DNA of 42,951 nt, from positions 1-42,951 of the forward strand of contig JANWHY010000011.1 in NCBI GenBank assembly GCA_025450175.1, written 5' to 3'. Positions within the stretch are counted from its first letter, which is position 1, and each line of letters begins with the position of its first letter. Below the pieces are notes generated by a model, which had not been told where the DNA came from, did not search any database, and was given only the letters and a program-made list of their open reading frames with translations. Source of the stretch: Minisyncoccota bacterium (GTDB lineage Bacteria; Patescibacteriota; Minisyncoccia; Phycocordibacterales; Zambryskibacteraceae). This document shows, piece by piece, positions 1 to 9,081 of the stretch. Made by a program: the position numbers and the translations under genes.

Positions 1-846
1 GGCCTCTGTCAGAGCGTGCTTAGTGCGAGAGGAGATGTCTATAGACTCGATACGAGTCTTAAGAACTTCTGGATCTACTTCTGATCTTCCGAGAGTTTGG
101 CTCTCTGGCATAACACCCATCTCAGCTACCACCGGCTCCTCTTCTTTGAAGCCCACAATCGACTTCAGTTGGTTGATCATGACCTCAATAGCTGTAGAGA
201 GAGCTACCGAGGGAGAGATGGTGCCATCGGTCTCAATATTCATGCGAAGTTTGTTGAAGTCTGTTCGGTCTCCCACACGCATATTCTCTACTTCGTAAGA
301 AGCACGCCTAATAGGAGTGAAAATCGCGTCGAGGGCGATGGTGCCAATTTCGACGCGATTCTTATCGAGGTTATCCTTATCGACGAAGCCGAGACCCTTC
401 TCTGCACGAACTTCCATCTCACGAGTAGTGCTCTTGTCGGTAATCGTGGCGATAACAGCCTCAGGTGTGAGTATCTCTACTTGTCCAGGCACCTCTAGAT
501 CAGCAGCAGTAACCACTCGTTCCTCGCCAGCATTGCCTTTGATCTTGAGAGTAAGAGTCTGAGCCTCATCAGTAGAGAAGCGCATGCGGATCTTCTTAAG
601 ATTGAGGAGGATAGAGATGACGTCTTCCTTCACTCCCTCTATAACAGAAAACTCATGCTCTACTCCGCTTATCTTAACTGAGGTAATAGCTACTCCCGGA
701 AGAGACGAGAGGATGATGCGACGAAGACTGTTGCCCAGGGTGTGGCCATAGCCCGGATAGAGACCCTCTATCTCGAAGATGCCGCTCTCTCCTTCTTCGG
801 AGATGACCCTTGGTTTTGATGGTAGAAGTATTGTGTAGTCAGCCAT
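1..846 (-). CDS. rpoA: DNA-directed RNA polymerase subunit alpha (3' end runs off the window)
   Basis: Not in the ORF track. Manual translation from the ATG at 846 gives MADYTILLPSKPRVISEEGESGIFEIEGLYPGYGHTLGNSLRRIILSSLPGVAITSVKISGVEHEFS, the RpoA signature. It follows rpsD. Confidence 0.97.
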   Translation of the reverse strand, partial: MADYTILLPSKPRVISEEGESGIFEIEGLYPGYGHTLGNSLRRIILSSLPGVAITSVKISGVEHEFSVIEGVKEDVISILLNLKKIRMRFSTDEAQTLTLKIKGNAGEERVVTAADLEVPGQVEILTPEAVIATITDKSTTREMEVRAEKGLGFVDKDNLDKNRVEIGTIALDAIFTPIRRASYEVENMRVGDRTDFNKLRMNIETDGTISPSVALSTAIEVMINQLKSIVGFKEEEPVVAEMGVMPESQTLGRSEVDPEVLKTRIESIDISSRTKHALTEA

Positions 847-877
847 AAAAATAAAAATTGAGTGGATAATTATAACA

Positions 878-1483
878 CTAACGGTTGTAAAATTCAATAA
901 CCACACGGAGATCGAAGACCTCCCCACCTGGTGCGTATACCGGCTCTCCTACGACCTTAAGCTCTCGGGCTTCCGGATCTACCTCGAGCCACGCCGGTAC
1001 CGTGAGGCTCTTAGCACGCTCAGTAAGGTCGGCGAAGAGCGGACTCGTAGCCGAGGTCGGTCGGAGAGAGACCTTGTCTCCCACCTTGAGAGCGATGGAG
1101 GGGATGGTCACTCTCTTACCATTGAGCATGAGGTGGCCGTGACTTGCAGCTTGACGAGCCTGCCCACGAGTCTTCGCAAAACCTGCTCGGTAGAGTGCAT
1201 TATCGAGACGAGTCTCGAGTTGACTGAAGAGCTTCTGAGCAGGAGATGCGACCTTGAGAGACTTCAACACATAGTTACGGAGTTGCCTCTCGGTGATACC
1301 GTAGTTGAAGCGGCTCTTCTGCTTCTCGGTAAGTTCCTTACCGTACTCGCTCTTGGGCTTAGTCCAACCCTTGCTACTCTTCTCCTTACGCGCGAGAGAT
1401 TGTGCGTACTTAGGACTTTGAGTTTTCTCAAATATTGGGGCGCCAAGACGGCGAGCTAATTTATATTTTGGTCCTATACGCAT
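878..1483 (-). CDS. rpsD: 30S ribosomal protein S4
   Basis: SEYGKELTEKQK, LETRLDNALYRAGFA, ARQAASHGH motifs; position in the alpha operon. Confidence 0.97.
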   Translation of the reverse strand: MRIGPKYKLARRLGAPIFEKTQSPKYAQSLARKEKSSKGWTKPKSEYGKELTEKQKSRFNYGITERQLRNYVLKSLKVASPAQKLFSQLETRLDNALYRAGFAKTRGQARQAASHGHLMLNGKRVTIPSIALKVGDKVSLRPTSATSPLFADLTERAKSLTVPAWLEVDPEARELKVVGEPVYAPGGEVFDLRVVIEFYNR

Positions 1484-1498
1484 AAATTTAAAATTTAA

Positions 1499-1966
1499 CT
1501 ATGTCCTACGAGGCTTAGGGGGCTTGGGGCCGTTATGAGGAACCGGAGTTTTATCCTGAATCGTAGTTAAGTTGATACCCTTTGATATAAAGCCGCGGAT
1601 AGCCGACTCACGACCGGAGCCTACCCCCTTAACTACGACCTTGATCTCTTTAATACCTAATGTCTGAGCCTTTTCTGCTAACTTCTCCCCTACCTTAGCG
1701 GCAGCGAAGGGGGTGCCCTTCTTTGCGCCCTTGAAGCCTAGAGAACCCGATGAGGACCAGGCGAGCGTATTAAATTTTGGATCCGTGAGGGTCAGCTTGG
1801 TGTTGTTGTAAGTCGACTCTACATACAAGACTCCTGAGTCGACACGCTTCTTGGAAGACTTAGACGAAGAAGCTTCCGGAGACTTCTCCGCCCCGCCCGA
1901 ACGACCGTCCGGTCGGGCGGGCTTGTCGTTCTCTGCTTGTACTGTTGCGATTTTTTTCTTACCCAT
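1499..1966 (-). CDS. rpsK: 30S ribosomal protein S11, with an in-frame palindrome-derived PARPDGRSGG insert in the N-terminal tail
   Basis: STYNNT, WSSSGSLGFKGAKKGTPFAA, GSGRESAIR, DKTPVPHNG motifs. Confidence 0.97.
   Translation of the reverse strand: MGKKKIATVQAENDKPARPDGRSGGAEKSPEASSSKSSKKRVDSGVLYVESTYNNTKLTLTDPKFNTLAWSSSGSLGFKGAKKGTPFAAAKVGEKLAEKAQTLGIKEIKVVVKGVGSGRESAIRGFISKGINLTTIQDKTPVPHNGPKPPKPRRT
1892..1921 (-). repeat. 30-bp palindromic in-frame element, copy 1 (in rpsK)
   Basis: Coding strand reads CCCGCCCGACCGGACGGTCGTTCGGGCGGG with 9-bp terminal inverted arms. Identical to 12520-12549. Confidence 0.95.
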
Positions 1967-1975
1967 AATAAATAT

Positions 1976-2010
1976 AATTTAAAATTTTGAATTTAAAATT
2001 TAAAATTGTT
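1976..2010. repeat. AT-rich 7-mer tandem repeat (AATTTAA-like, 5 units) in the rpsM-rpsK spacer
   Basis: aatttaa aattttg aatttaa aatttaa aattgtt. Two further aatttaa units occupy 1485-1498 in the rpsK-rpsD spacer. Confidence 0.6.
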
Positions 2011-2387
2011 TATGTTTTCTCGGCAATTTTCCTACCGGTACCCATAGTCTTCCTTACACCACGCTTAGTACGAGCATTGGTCTTGGTACGCTGACCTCGC
2101 ACAGGAAGGTTCCTCATATGGCGCATCCCTCGGTAACTCTTCAAGTCTTTCAATCTCCTAATATTAGAAGTCACTTCGCGGCGGAGGTCACCCTCGAGAG
2201 TAAGCGCCTCGATGATAGCGCGGATCTTGTTCTCATCCTCGATCGAGGCGTCCTTGGCCTTTTTGCCATATTCGATCCCAGCTTCCTTAAGTATCGACTG
2301 AGCTCGAGATCTCCCAACACCAAAGAGGGTCGTTAGACCGATTTCAAGACGCTTATCATCTGGGATGGTAATACCAAGAAGTCTCAT
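2010..2387 (-). CDS. rpsM: 30S ribosomal protein S13
   Basis: EGDLRREV, YRGMRHMRNLPVRGQRTKTNART motifs. Confidence 0.97.
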   Translation of the reverse strand: MRLLGITIPDDKRLEIGLTTLFGVGRSRAQSILKEAGIEYGKKAKDASIEDENKIRAIIEALTLEGDLRREVTSNIRRLKDLKSYRGMRHMRNLPVRGQRTKTNARTKRGVRKTMGTGRKIAEKT

Positions 2388-2503
2388 TAACCTTGTCGTT
2401 GCTTATGTCTAGGATTAGCTTTGCAAATTACGTAAACATAGCCCTTTCTGCGGACTATCTGGCACTTACTACACATTTTCCTTACGGCCGCCTTGACTTT
2501 CAT
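2387..2503 (-). CDS. rpmJ: 50S ribosomal protein L36 (Zn-binding type)
   Basis: Below the ORF-track cutoff. Manual translation: [43 protein letters not shown] overlap with rpsM. Confidence 0.97.
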   Translation of the reverse strand: MKVKAAVRKMCSKCQIVRRKGYVYVICKANPRHKQRQG

Positions 2504-2555
2504 AGCAAGATTGCATTGTAACCTAAGCTACTTCGAGTGTCTAGCCTTGGCTAGG

Positions 2556-2804
2556 TTAGAGCCTTTTTATGATCCGGGCTTTGCCACCATAGGGCTCAAG
2601 CTCCATAACTACCTTATCTCCCACCAATACACGAATCCTATGTAGACGCATCTTACCAGAGAGATAAGCCAAGATCTCTTTAGGCTCATCTTGACTTACT
2701 CCTTCAGTCCCGCTCTCATCCAAGCGCACCCTAAACATAATATTTGGCAAGGATTCTGTGATAATACCTACCCTCTCTAGGGTCTCTCTCTTTTCAATAT
2801 TCAT
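2556..2804 (-). CDS. infA: Translation initiation factor IF-1
   Basis: [12 protein letters not shown]...[21 protein letters not shown]; lies next to rpmJ. Confidence 0.95.
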   Translation of the reverse strand: MNIEKRETLERVGIITESLPNIMFRVRLDESGTEGVSQDEPKEILAYLSGKMRLHRIRVLVGDKVVMELEPYGGKARIIKRL

Positions 2805-2806
2805 TA

Positions 2807-4123
2807 TTACTTATTATCTGTTGACTCTCTTTCTACCATAATCTTCGAAGCATCACTAGGGAAGGAGCTCTTCCAGAAGGGTCGGATGATTGGCCTCGCC
2901 GACACTATACTTGGGTAGTTGTTGAGGATCAGAGGCAGATCCTTCTTGTTGTGACCAACAAGATCTGCCTTGAGAGCCACCTCGTCTGAAGACCAGACGG
3001 CAAGACCCGTACCAGAGACGGAGAAGTTAATCTCAGAAACGCTCGCAAGATCAACCTGGGGGTTAGTGAAGGCAAAAGTGAGGTTAGCGAGATCTAGATC
3101 TACAGACTCATCCTTATTGATAGTGACCTTCTTCTTCGTAAGACTATTGGAGAGTTCCTTAGTTTTAAACATTACGCCGTAGAAGTTGCCCTTCTTATTG
3201 ATAGTGACCTTGTCGGCCCCAGCAGCCTGACTTTGCGGTAGGTCCTCATACACGACACTCGAGAGTGCGGGGATCAAGACGAATCCATCGGGTACTTGTG
3301 AGAGAGCCTCAGAGGTGAGATCGGTCTTGAGAGTAGTCTCGAGCTCGCCAGAGACCCGTGTCTTATCTTCCTCACTCACACCCTTCTCCTTACCTACGAA
3401 GCCTCCTGCCATCGCGGTCTTAGATCGTGCATATATAGTGTTGTAGCGTTCGCTCCCCTTGAGACCCGGGAGAGTAAAGTCTGAGAGTCCCATGTTGTAT
3501 GTCTCTCCCGCTTCGTCGGCATATATGAGAGTCTCAAGAGTACCTGGCTTCACCACTCCGCCAACAGTCATCTTGCCTGGCACCACTATGTCCTTGGCCA
3601 CTCGATAAACTTTGCCATTCGCTGCTTCGAAGCGGGTAGTAGCAATAAGCCTCTGAGGTTCGGCTGAAGCGTTGTTGTAGACCACTATGGTACCCGAGGC
3701 CTTGCGATTTACTTCTGTCTCACCTGAAGCGGCCACCTCTTTACCAAGATCTCGAGATAGTTTGACGACGCTGAAAAGCAGACTGCCCTCCCCCTCTCTC
3801 TTGGCGGTGAAGTTATCTCGAGAGAAGGCCACACTCGTAGACTTGGGTGTGTAGACCAGAGATGAGCTATTGAAGAATGCGAGAAGGGCGAAGACCAGAA
3901 CGAAAATACTTAAGAAGGTAACAATCCATACCTTAGCTCGTGATCTCCTTCGTCTCACAGGAGGCATACCAGGAGATACGCTTGTCTGTGTGGTGGAGCG
4001 CTCGACCCTGTCAATTGTAGGTGGGGGTACAGAAGTGGCGCGGCGACGGTTGGCAGGGATAGGGATATCTCGGATGCTTCGGCGCTTCTCTGGTACGATC
4101 ATGTCTTCTACGCTTTTTGCCAT
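2807..4123 (-). CDS. Single-pass membrane protein with a large extracytoplasmic domain (baseplate-J-like region; CPR-type hypothetical)
   Basis: Basic N-terminus, one TM ([20 protein letters not shown]), then [31 protein letters not shown] and AMAGGF motifs. Family is recalled, not searched. Confidence 0.6.
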   Translation of the reverse strand: MAKSVEDMIVPEKRRSIRDIPIPANRRRATSVPPPTIDRVERSTTQTSVSPGMPPVRRRRSRAKVWIVTFLSIFVLVFALLAFFNSSSLVYTPKSTSVAFSRDNFTAKREGEGSLLFSVVKLSRDLGKEVAASGETEVNRKASGTIVVYNNASAEPQRLIATTRFEAANGKVYRVAKDIVVPGKMTVGGVVKPGTLETLIYADEAGETYNMGLSDFTLPGLKGSERYNTIYARSKTAMAGGFVGKEKGVSEEDKTRVSGELETTLKTDLTSEALSQVPDGFVLIPALSSVVYEDLPQSQAAGADKVTINKKGNFYGVMFKTKELSNSLTKKKVTINKDESVDLDLANLTFAFTNPQVDLASVSEINFSVSGTGLAVWSSDEVALKADLVGHNKKDLPLILNNYPSIVSARPIIRPFWKSSFPSDASKIMVERESTDNK

Positions 4124-4157
4124 TTGTATTTTAGTGAACTTATTAAACTATTATAAC

Positions 4158-5369
4158 TTAATTAGAGAATTTTTGGCTACTACTCTGGCGCGAAAGTTCT
4201 TGATGCTTCTTCATCTCTTCTTTAAACTTTTCTTCGTCGAGATTGGGCACAACTTCTTTTATTATTTCTAATGGTAGTCCATAACTCGTGAAGAGGGTGA
4301 ACGGGTCTGCACCTTTCTCTACTTGCTTCAATCCTGCACTTAATGCTTTCTCAAACTTGGCTAGTTCGTCATGAATTATTTCTTTAGTGTTAGGTGCGAA
4401 TGTATAGAGACCCTGGTAACTTGGATGATTGATTACAGCATCTACTATTGGATCAATATTCTTATCACTGACATAAGCGCGGCGCAAAAGTCTTCGTAGA
4501 ATATATCCCCTATCAGTATTGGAGGGGGTCACTCCATCTGCGATCATAAAGACGGAGGTGCGGATGTGGTCTGCCGCGATCCGCGAGCTTGTGACCCCCA
4601 TAAGAGGTGCAAACAAATCTGTTTCGAAAATATTATTCTTACCTTGAAGTGCCATAGTTAAACGCTCAAGTCCTGCCCCCGTATCCACATTTTTTTGTGA
4701 AAGTTTGCCTACAACCTTTCCACCTTTCTTGAGATACTCCATGAACACATCATTCCAAACCTCTACGACTTCCTGCCTCTCATCGGCCACCATGTATTCT
4801 TCTTTAGTCATGTCTCCCAACTTGCCCGTGACATCATAAAACATCTCAGTATCTGGACCACAAGGGCCATCTTCTCCCATACTCCACCAATTCGACTTTG
4901 CCCCCATAAAGTAAATACGATTTTCTGGCATGTACTTCTTCCAGATTTCAAATGCTTCTTCGTCACGAGGAGCATTCTCATCCCCTTCAAAAACAGTTAT
5001 ATAGAGACGCTTTGGATCTAAGCCAAAACCTTCTTCCTTACTCGTGAGAAGTTCAAAGCTCCATTTAATAGCCTCTTCTTTGAAATAATCACCCAATGAC
5101 CAATTGCCAAGCATTTCGAAAAAAGTGTCATGTGTATTGTCTCCAACTTCTTCAATGTCTTGGGTTCGCACACATTTCTGAATATTTACCAAACGCTTCC
5201 CCTGAGGATGCTCATTGCCCATGAGATATGGAACGAGAGGTTGCATACCTGCTGTAGTAAAGAGGACTGACTTATCTCCCTCTGGTATTAGAGAGGCCGA
5301 AGGAATTTTAGTATGTCCTCGTTCTTCAAAAAATTTAAGAAATTTCTCTCGGATTTCTCTGGATTGCAT
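4158..5369 (-). CDS. alaS: Alanine--tRNA ligase, aminoacylation domain only (403 aa)
   Basis: LFTTAGMQP, QKCVR, TFFEMLGNWS, EVWNDVFM, VDTGAGLER, DHIRT, GYILRRLLRR. Ends at HQELSR...KFSN with no HxxxH/CxxxH editing domain. Confidence 0.93.
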   Translation of the reverse strand: MQSREIREKFLKFFEERGHTKIPSASLIPEGDKSVLFTTAGMQPLVPYLMGNEHPQGKRLVNIQKCVRTQDIEEVGDNTHDTFFEMLGNWSLGDYFKEEAIKWSFELLTSKEEGFGLDPKRLYITVFEGDENAPRDEEAFEIWKKYMPENRIYFMGAKSNWWSMGEDGPCGPDTEMFYDVTGKLGDMTKEEYMVADERQEVVEVWNDVFMEYLKKGGKVVGKLSQKNVDTGAGLERLTMALQGKNNIFETDLFAPLMGVTSSRIAADHIRTSVFMIADGVTPSNTDRGYILRRLLRRAYVSDKNIDPIVDAVINHPSYQGLYTFAPNTKEIIHDELAKFEKALSAGLKQVEKGADPFTLFTSYGLPLEIIKEVVPNLDEEKFKEEMKKHQELSRQSSSQKFSN

Positions 5370-5396
5370 GCAAATGAATATAGCACAAAAAGACGA

Positions 5397-5420
5397 AGGG
5401 CGACGCGTAAGCGTCGCCCT
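5397..5420 (-). terminator. Intrinsic terminator-like hairpin
   Basis: agggcgacgc-gtaa-gcgtcgccct, 10-bp stem with a T-rich tail on the minus strand, downstream of the 5430-5666 ORF. Confidence 0.7.
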
Positions 5421-5429
5421 GGCACAAAG

Positions 5430-5666
5430 TCACGCGGCAACAGAGAGTAGTACCTGGAATTTCTCGCTCGGATACCATCTCACCTGATTATTCTGGTCCA
5501 CCATGGGGCCCAAACCCTCTTCTTTCGAAAGAGCGATGAACCCCGGGCAAGAACCAGAGACATGGAAAGGCCCATCCAGCGGCGCAAGTCCAATTGGTGC
5601 CACCTGCCGGACAACCTCACCTATCACACGCTGACCGCCTGTTCCCATCGAAAAATGATCGGACAT
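5430..5666 (-). CDS. Small hypothetical protein (78 aa)
   Basis: ATG at 5666 preceded by a GGAGGAG SD and TGgTATAAT (5688-5693); followed by a hairpin. Confidence 0.6.
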   Translation of the reverse strand: MSDHFSMGTGGQRVIGEVVRQVAPIGLAPLDGPFHVSGSCPGFIALSKEEGLGPMVDQNNQVRWYPSEKFQVLLSVAA

Positions 5667-5688
5667 GCTCTTACTCCTCCACCTAGTA

Positions 5689-6273
5689 TTATACCACACT
5701 TTTCAAAACTTTAAAATCTTCTTGGAGAGTACTTAAGAGATGTTGATTATATATAGCGGCGGCGGGATGGTAGAGCGGCACGTATTTAAATTGATTTGCC
5801 TCGAATACTTTCCCATGCAAAGTGCTGATAGGGCCCACCTCCCACTCAAGTCCGTATCGATTCATGATGTAAACCATTGAGAAGCGGCCGAGAGTGGCCA
5901 CCACTTTCGGTTTAATTATCTCGATCTGCCTATCTAGAAAGGGTGCATAGATAGATATCTCCTCCGGTAATGGATCCCTGTTTCCTTGTGGTCGGTCTTT
6001 TACAATGTTTGTGACATAAACATCTTTTCTCTCGATGCCGACAGATGCCAGTAGATCATCCAATACTTTCCCTGCGCGTCCGCAGAAGGGTCGACCCGTC
6101 TTGGCCTCATTCTCTCCCGGAGCTTCGCCTATAAACATGATGTCCGCAGAGTGACTCCCCTCTCCAATCACTGGGAAATATTTGTTCTCAATTCTGTATC
6201 GATAAAGGGGTGATGACGAGAGAGCTACTACCTCGTCTTTAATCTTCTTCAGCTCACTTGTCGCATCCGCCAT
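5689..6273 (-). CDS. udg: Uracil-DNA glycosylase, family 4
   Basis: IMFIGEAPGENE, GRPFCGRAG, VYVTNIVKDRP, LYHPAA motifs. Confidence 0.9.
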   Translation of the reverse strand: MADATSELKKIKDEVVALSSSPLYRYRIENKYFPVIGEGSHSADIMFIGEAPGENEAKTGRPFCGRAGKVLDDLLASVGIERKDVYVTNIVKDRPQGNRDPLPEEISIYAPFLDRQIEIIKPKVVATLGRFSMVYIMNRYGLEWEVGPISTLHGKVFEANQFKYVPLYHPAAAIYNQHLLSTLQEDFKVLKSVV

Positions 6274-6277
6274 TCTC

Positions 6278-7108
6278 TTAGAGTTCGTTTATCTCGTCTA
6301 TAACAGGGATAATGTTGAAGTTCTCTCCTAAGAACTTGGTAAGAGGTGTTGGATCGTTCTTCACATCGGAGCAGAGCACCACCCTGGAGGCAAGTAAGAT
6401 CTTTTTGTCTTGGTTACTTAGAGTTGTAAGACAAGTTATAGGGTGTAGACCTTCCGTCTCGATCATGCTGCGCAAGTTCCCCTCATCAGGATAATTCCAA
6501 CCAATCATTTTCAAATCTTTGCAGACACCGTAGTGGATCGCCGTACTCGAGAACTTAGTATTAGTGATAAGCCAACTGTCAGTAATCTTACGATCCTTAC
6601 CTCCGTAGTTAAAAACATTTTCTCGCAGATCATCAAAACGCGCTTTCATATATAAGACCACCTTGAGGTCCGACTTAGTCCCGAGTTCGTTGTGGAACTT
6701 GGCCTCAATCATTACGAGCTCCTTATCGGTGTAGGCGACGACATCTACTTCGTGAGGTACACAAGCGCCCAAGACAGTCTGTCTAGTCTCACACTTGTAA
6801 CCCTTAGCCTCCAAGATCTTGGCTACGAAGTCTTCGAAGGGAAATCCTGAAGGTCCGAGATCCATGACGGCGCGGCGGAGAGAGTAGCTACGAGCTACCG
6901 GCTTAGAGATAGTCTCGAGTATAGAGAAGGCGTGTCGATAGATCTCGCTCGTGCTCATGTCGTTGTGGAGTTCTGGCAAGAGATGCTCCAACACCTTCGC
7001 GCTCGCCGCCTCACTTGCACCGGAGTGTAGGAGAGAAGCACGAAGCTTCGCGGGATCGAAGAACTCCTTCTGGCCATTTGCCTTGATGAGAGTAACCTGG
7101 TTAGTCAT
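6278..7108 (-). CDS. ATP-cone domain plus Mrr-like PD-(D/E)xK restriction-endonuclease-fold protein
   Basis: N-terminal IKANGQKEFFDPAKLRASL (ATP cone), then GFPFEDFV...HEVDVV...IEAKFH...LITNTKFS. Confidence 0.75.
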   Translation of the reverse strand: MTNQVTLIKANGQKEFFDPAKLRASLLHSGASEAASAKVLEHLLPELHNDMSTSEIYRHAFSILETISKPVARSYSLRRAVMDLGPSGFPFEDFVAKILEAKGYKCETRQTVLGACVPHEVDVVAYTDKELVMIEAKFHNELGTKSDLKVVLYMKARFDDLRENVFNYGGKDRKITDSWLITNTKFSSTAIHYGVCKDLKMIGWNYPDEGNLRSMIETEGLHPITCLTTLSNQDKKILLASRVVLCSDVKNDPTPLTKFLGENFNIIPVIDEINEL

Positions 7109-7124
7109 AGGTTAAGTATATCAA

Positions 7125-8219
7125 CTAAGAAACCACTTTATCCATCAGAGCACCGCCGAGACATTCTTCATCGCGATAAAAGACGATTGACTGTCCAAGT
7201 GAGAGACCTCGCACTGGGGTACGGAAGGTTACGGCCAAGCGCTTGCCCTCAAGAGAAAGCGTGGCAGGGATCTTATCTCCTCGATAACGTACACGAGCAC
7301 TCAAGGTAGGTATGGTGGGCTCACTGATCCAGTTGGGCTTCTTCACCACAATCTTGGTCGGTGAGAGAGCGATAATCTCTGGCTCTTCTTTCGAGACAGT
7401 GAGAGTATTGGCCTTCACATCTTTCGACACGACATAGTATGGCTTATCCTCCGGCGACTTCTCCGTAATCTCGAAGCCATGCCGCTCACCAATAGTATAA
7501 AAGACGGTGCCATTATGAGTGCCAATCACCCTGCCCTCTGTATCTAGTACCTTACCTGGCTTCGTCTCAATATAATGAGATAAGAATTTCTCAATACTGA
7601 CCTCCCCGATGAAGCAGATACCCTGACTATCCTTCTTTTCTGCAACAGGAATCTTGTACTTAGCGGCGAGCTTACGCGTTTCTTCCTTCTCTAAATTGCC
7701 AACAGGAAAAAGTACGTGGGGCAAATCCTCCGGAGTAAGCGTCCAGAGAAAGTAACTTTGATCCTTCTCTTTATCTTTCCCTTCTAATAATGCAGCCTGC
7801 TTCACCTGTGCATAATGTCCCGTAGCAATGAAGTCTGCTCCCATCTCTCTAGCCTTCTTAGAGAAGGCTCCGAACTTAATCTCCCTATTGCACAATATAT
7901 CTGGGTTGGGTGTACGACCCGCCTTATATTCTAGAATCATCTCATCTACTACGCCCTTCTTATATTCTTCCTCGAAGTCGAAGGATAGGAATGGGATATC
8001 GAGAGCCGCCGCCACCCTCATGGCATCCCGCCTCTCATCGCGCCAGGCACAAGGTAAGAAGTCAGGCTGCCACACCTTGATAAAGACTCCGGTGACATCA
8101 TACCCTCTTTCCTTAAGCAGAGCTGCTGAGACAGCACTATCTACCCCACCCGAAAGCCCGACAAAAACTTTTTGCTTTTTCTTCCTCTTACTTGATGTAT
8201 TTCCTTTTGTTGGCCACAT
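7125..8219 (-). CDS. mnmA: tRNA 2-thiouridylase MnmA
   Basis: SGGVDS PP-loop, TPNPDILCNREIKF, ATGHYA, KDQSYFL, DSQGICF. Start is uncertain; the ATG at 8219 overlaps the mltG end. Confidence 0.95.
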   Translation of the reverse strand: MWPTKGNTSSKRKKKQKVFVGLSGGVDSAVSAALLKERGYDVTGVFIKVWQPDFLPCAWRDERRDAMRVAAALDIPFLSFDFEEEYKKGVVDEMILEYKAGRTPNPDILCNREIKFGAFSKKAREMGADFIATGHYAQVKQAALLEGKDKEKDQSYFLWTLTPEDLPHVLFPVGNLEKEETRKLAAKYKIPVAEKKDSQGICFIGEVSIEKFLSHYIETKPGKVLDTEGRVIGTHNGTVFYTIGERHGFEITEKSPEDKPYYVVSKDVKANTLTVSKEEPEIIALSPTKIVVKKPNWISEPTIPTLSARVRYRGDKIPATLSLEGKRLAVTFRTPVRGLSLGQSIVFYRDEECLGGALMDKVVS

Positions 8220-9078
8220 GCTCGTCGAAGGTACGAGAATAATGCATGTTACCGTCATCTCCTGTCAAATAATAGAGATAGGGTGTGGTAGTGGGATGGA
8301 TAGCCGCTCGTATGGAGTCTAGTCCAGGATTGTTGATGGGGTTGTCTGGCAAACCTTGGAATTCGTAAGTTTTCTTCTCCACATCTACTTGGAGTGGCAT
8401 ACCTATCTCTAACCTCTTCCACAAAACATCGGAAATCATGACTCGATCTACCTGACTCTTCGCCTCTCCTTCGATGAGCGAAGCCATGGTAATTATTTCT
8501 TCCAGAGTTTTGTCAGCAGCTTCTATCTCTGGGAGTATGGCGGCAATCTGCTTGTTGAAGTTGTCGTTCATAATCTTGATCGTTGAAGAAGCAGTGGCAG
8601 TGATGGGTATAAAGTAAGTATCTGGGAAGAGATAACCCTCCGGCGCAAGGGCTAAGAACTTATTGTGATCAAAGGAACTAAACTTAGTATCGAAGAGTTT
8701 AGAAATTTTTACCTTAGTAAAGCCTTCTGGCACAGTGACCTTCACCGTCTCAATGTCATGCTTGCCGTAGAAGACTCTCCAGGCCACTACAAAAACATTC
8801 TGAGGTTGTGACATATAGTAATCCCCCGCCATCATCCTCCGCTCACCCCCGAGGAGAATAGCCGCAGCTCTAAAGAGGAATGTGGACTTGATCACCCTGT
8901 CCTTTTCAAGCTCTTGGGCAAGGTCGTAGAGTCCCCGACCAGAGGCTACAGTCACAATAGAGTAGGTAGGAAAATTAGACGGAGGCATAATGCGCGAGAC
9001 AAAAAGGAGAAGTAACACCACAATAACGAGTGCAACAAGAAAGGAGATTTTTCTATAGCGACGGGTCGGGTTCTCCAT
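8188..9078 (-). CDS. mltG: Endolytic transglycosylase MltG (YceG-like), compact
   Basis: N-terminal TM, VTVPEG, EGYLFPDTY, ASLIEGE, GLPDNPINNPG, YSRTFDEH. Confidence 0.9.
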   Translation of the reverse strand: MENPTRRYRKISFLVALVIVVLLLLFVSRIMPPSNFPTYSIVTVASGRGLYDLAQELEKDRVIKSTFLFRAAAILLGGERRMMAGDYYMSQPQNVFVVAWRVFYGKHDIETVKVTVPEGFTKVKISKLFDTKFSSFDHNKFLALAPEGYLFPDTYFIPITATASSTIKIMNDNFNKQIAAILPEIEAADKTLEEIITMASLIEGEAKSQVDRVMISDVLWKRLEIGMPLQVDVEKKTYEFQGLPDNPINNPGLDSIRAAIHPTTTPYLYYLTGDDGNMHYSRTFDEHVANKRKYIK

Positions 9079-9081
9079 AGT

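Noticed and set aside
23-562. Plus-strand ORFs 23-298, 97-498 and 317-562
   Set aside because: Antisense shadows of rpoA. The same applies to most short ORFs opposite leuS, uvrA, uvrB, tgt, mreB and the FIST gene.
4123-4158. alaS as a frameshifted pseudogene
   Set aside because: There is no downstream editing-domain remnant, the catalytic motifs are intact and the next gene starts immediately.
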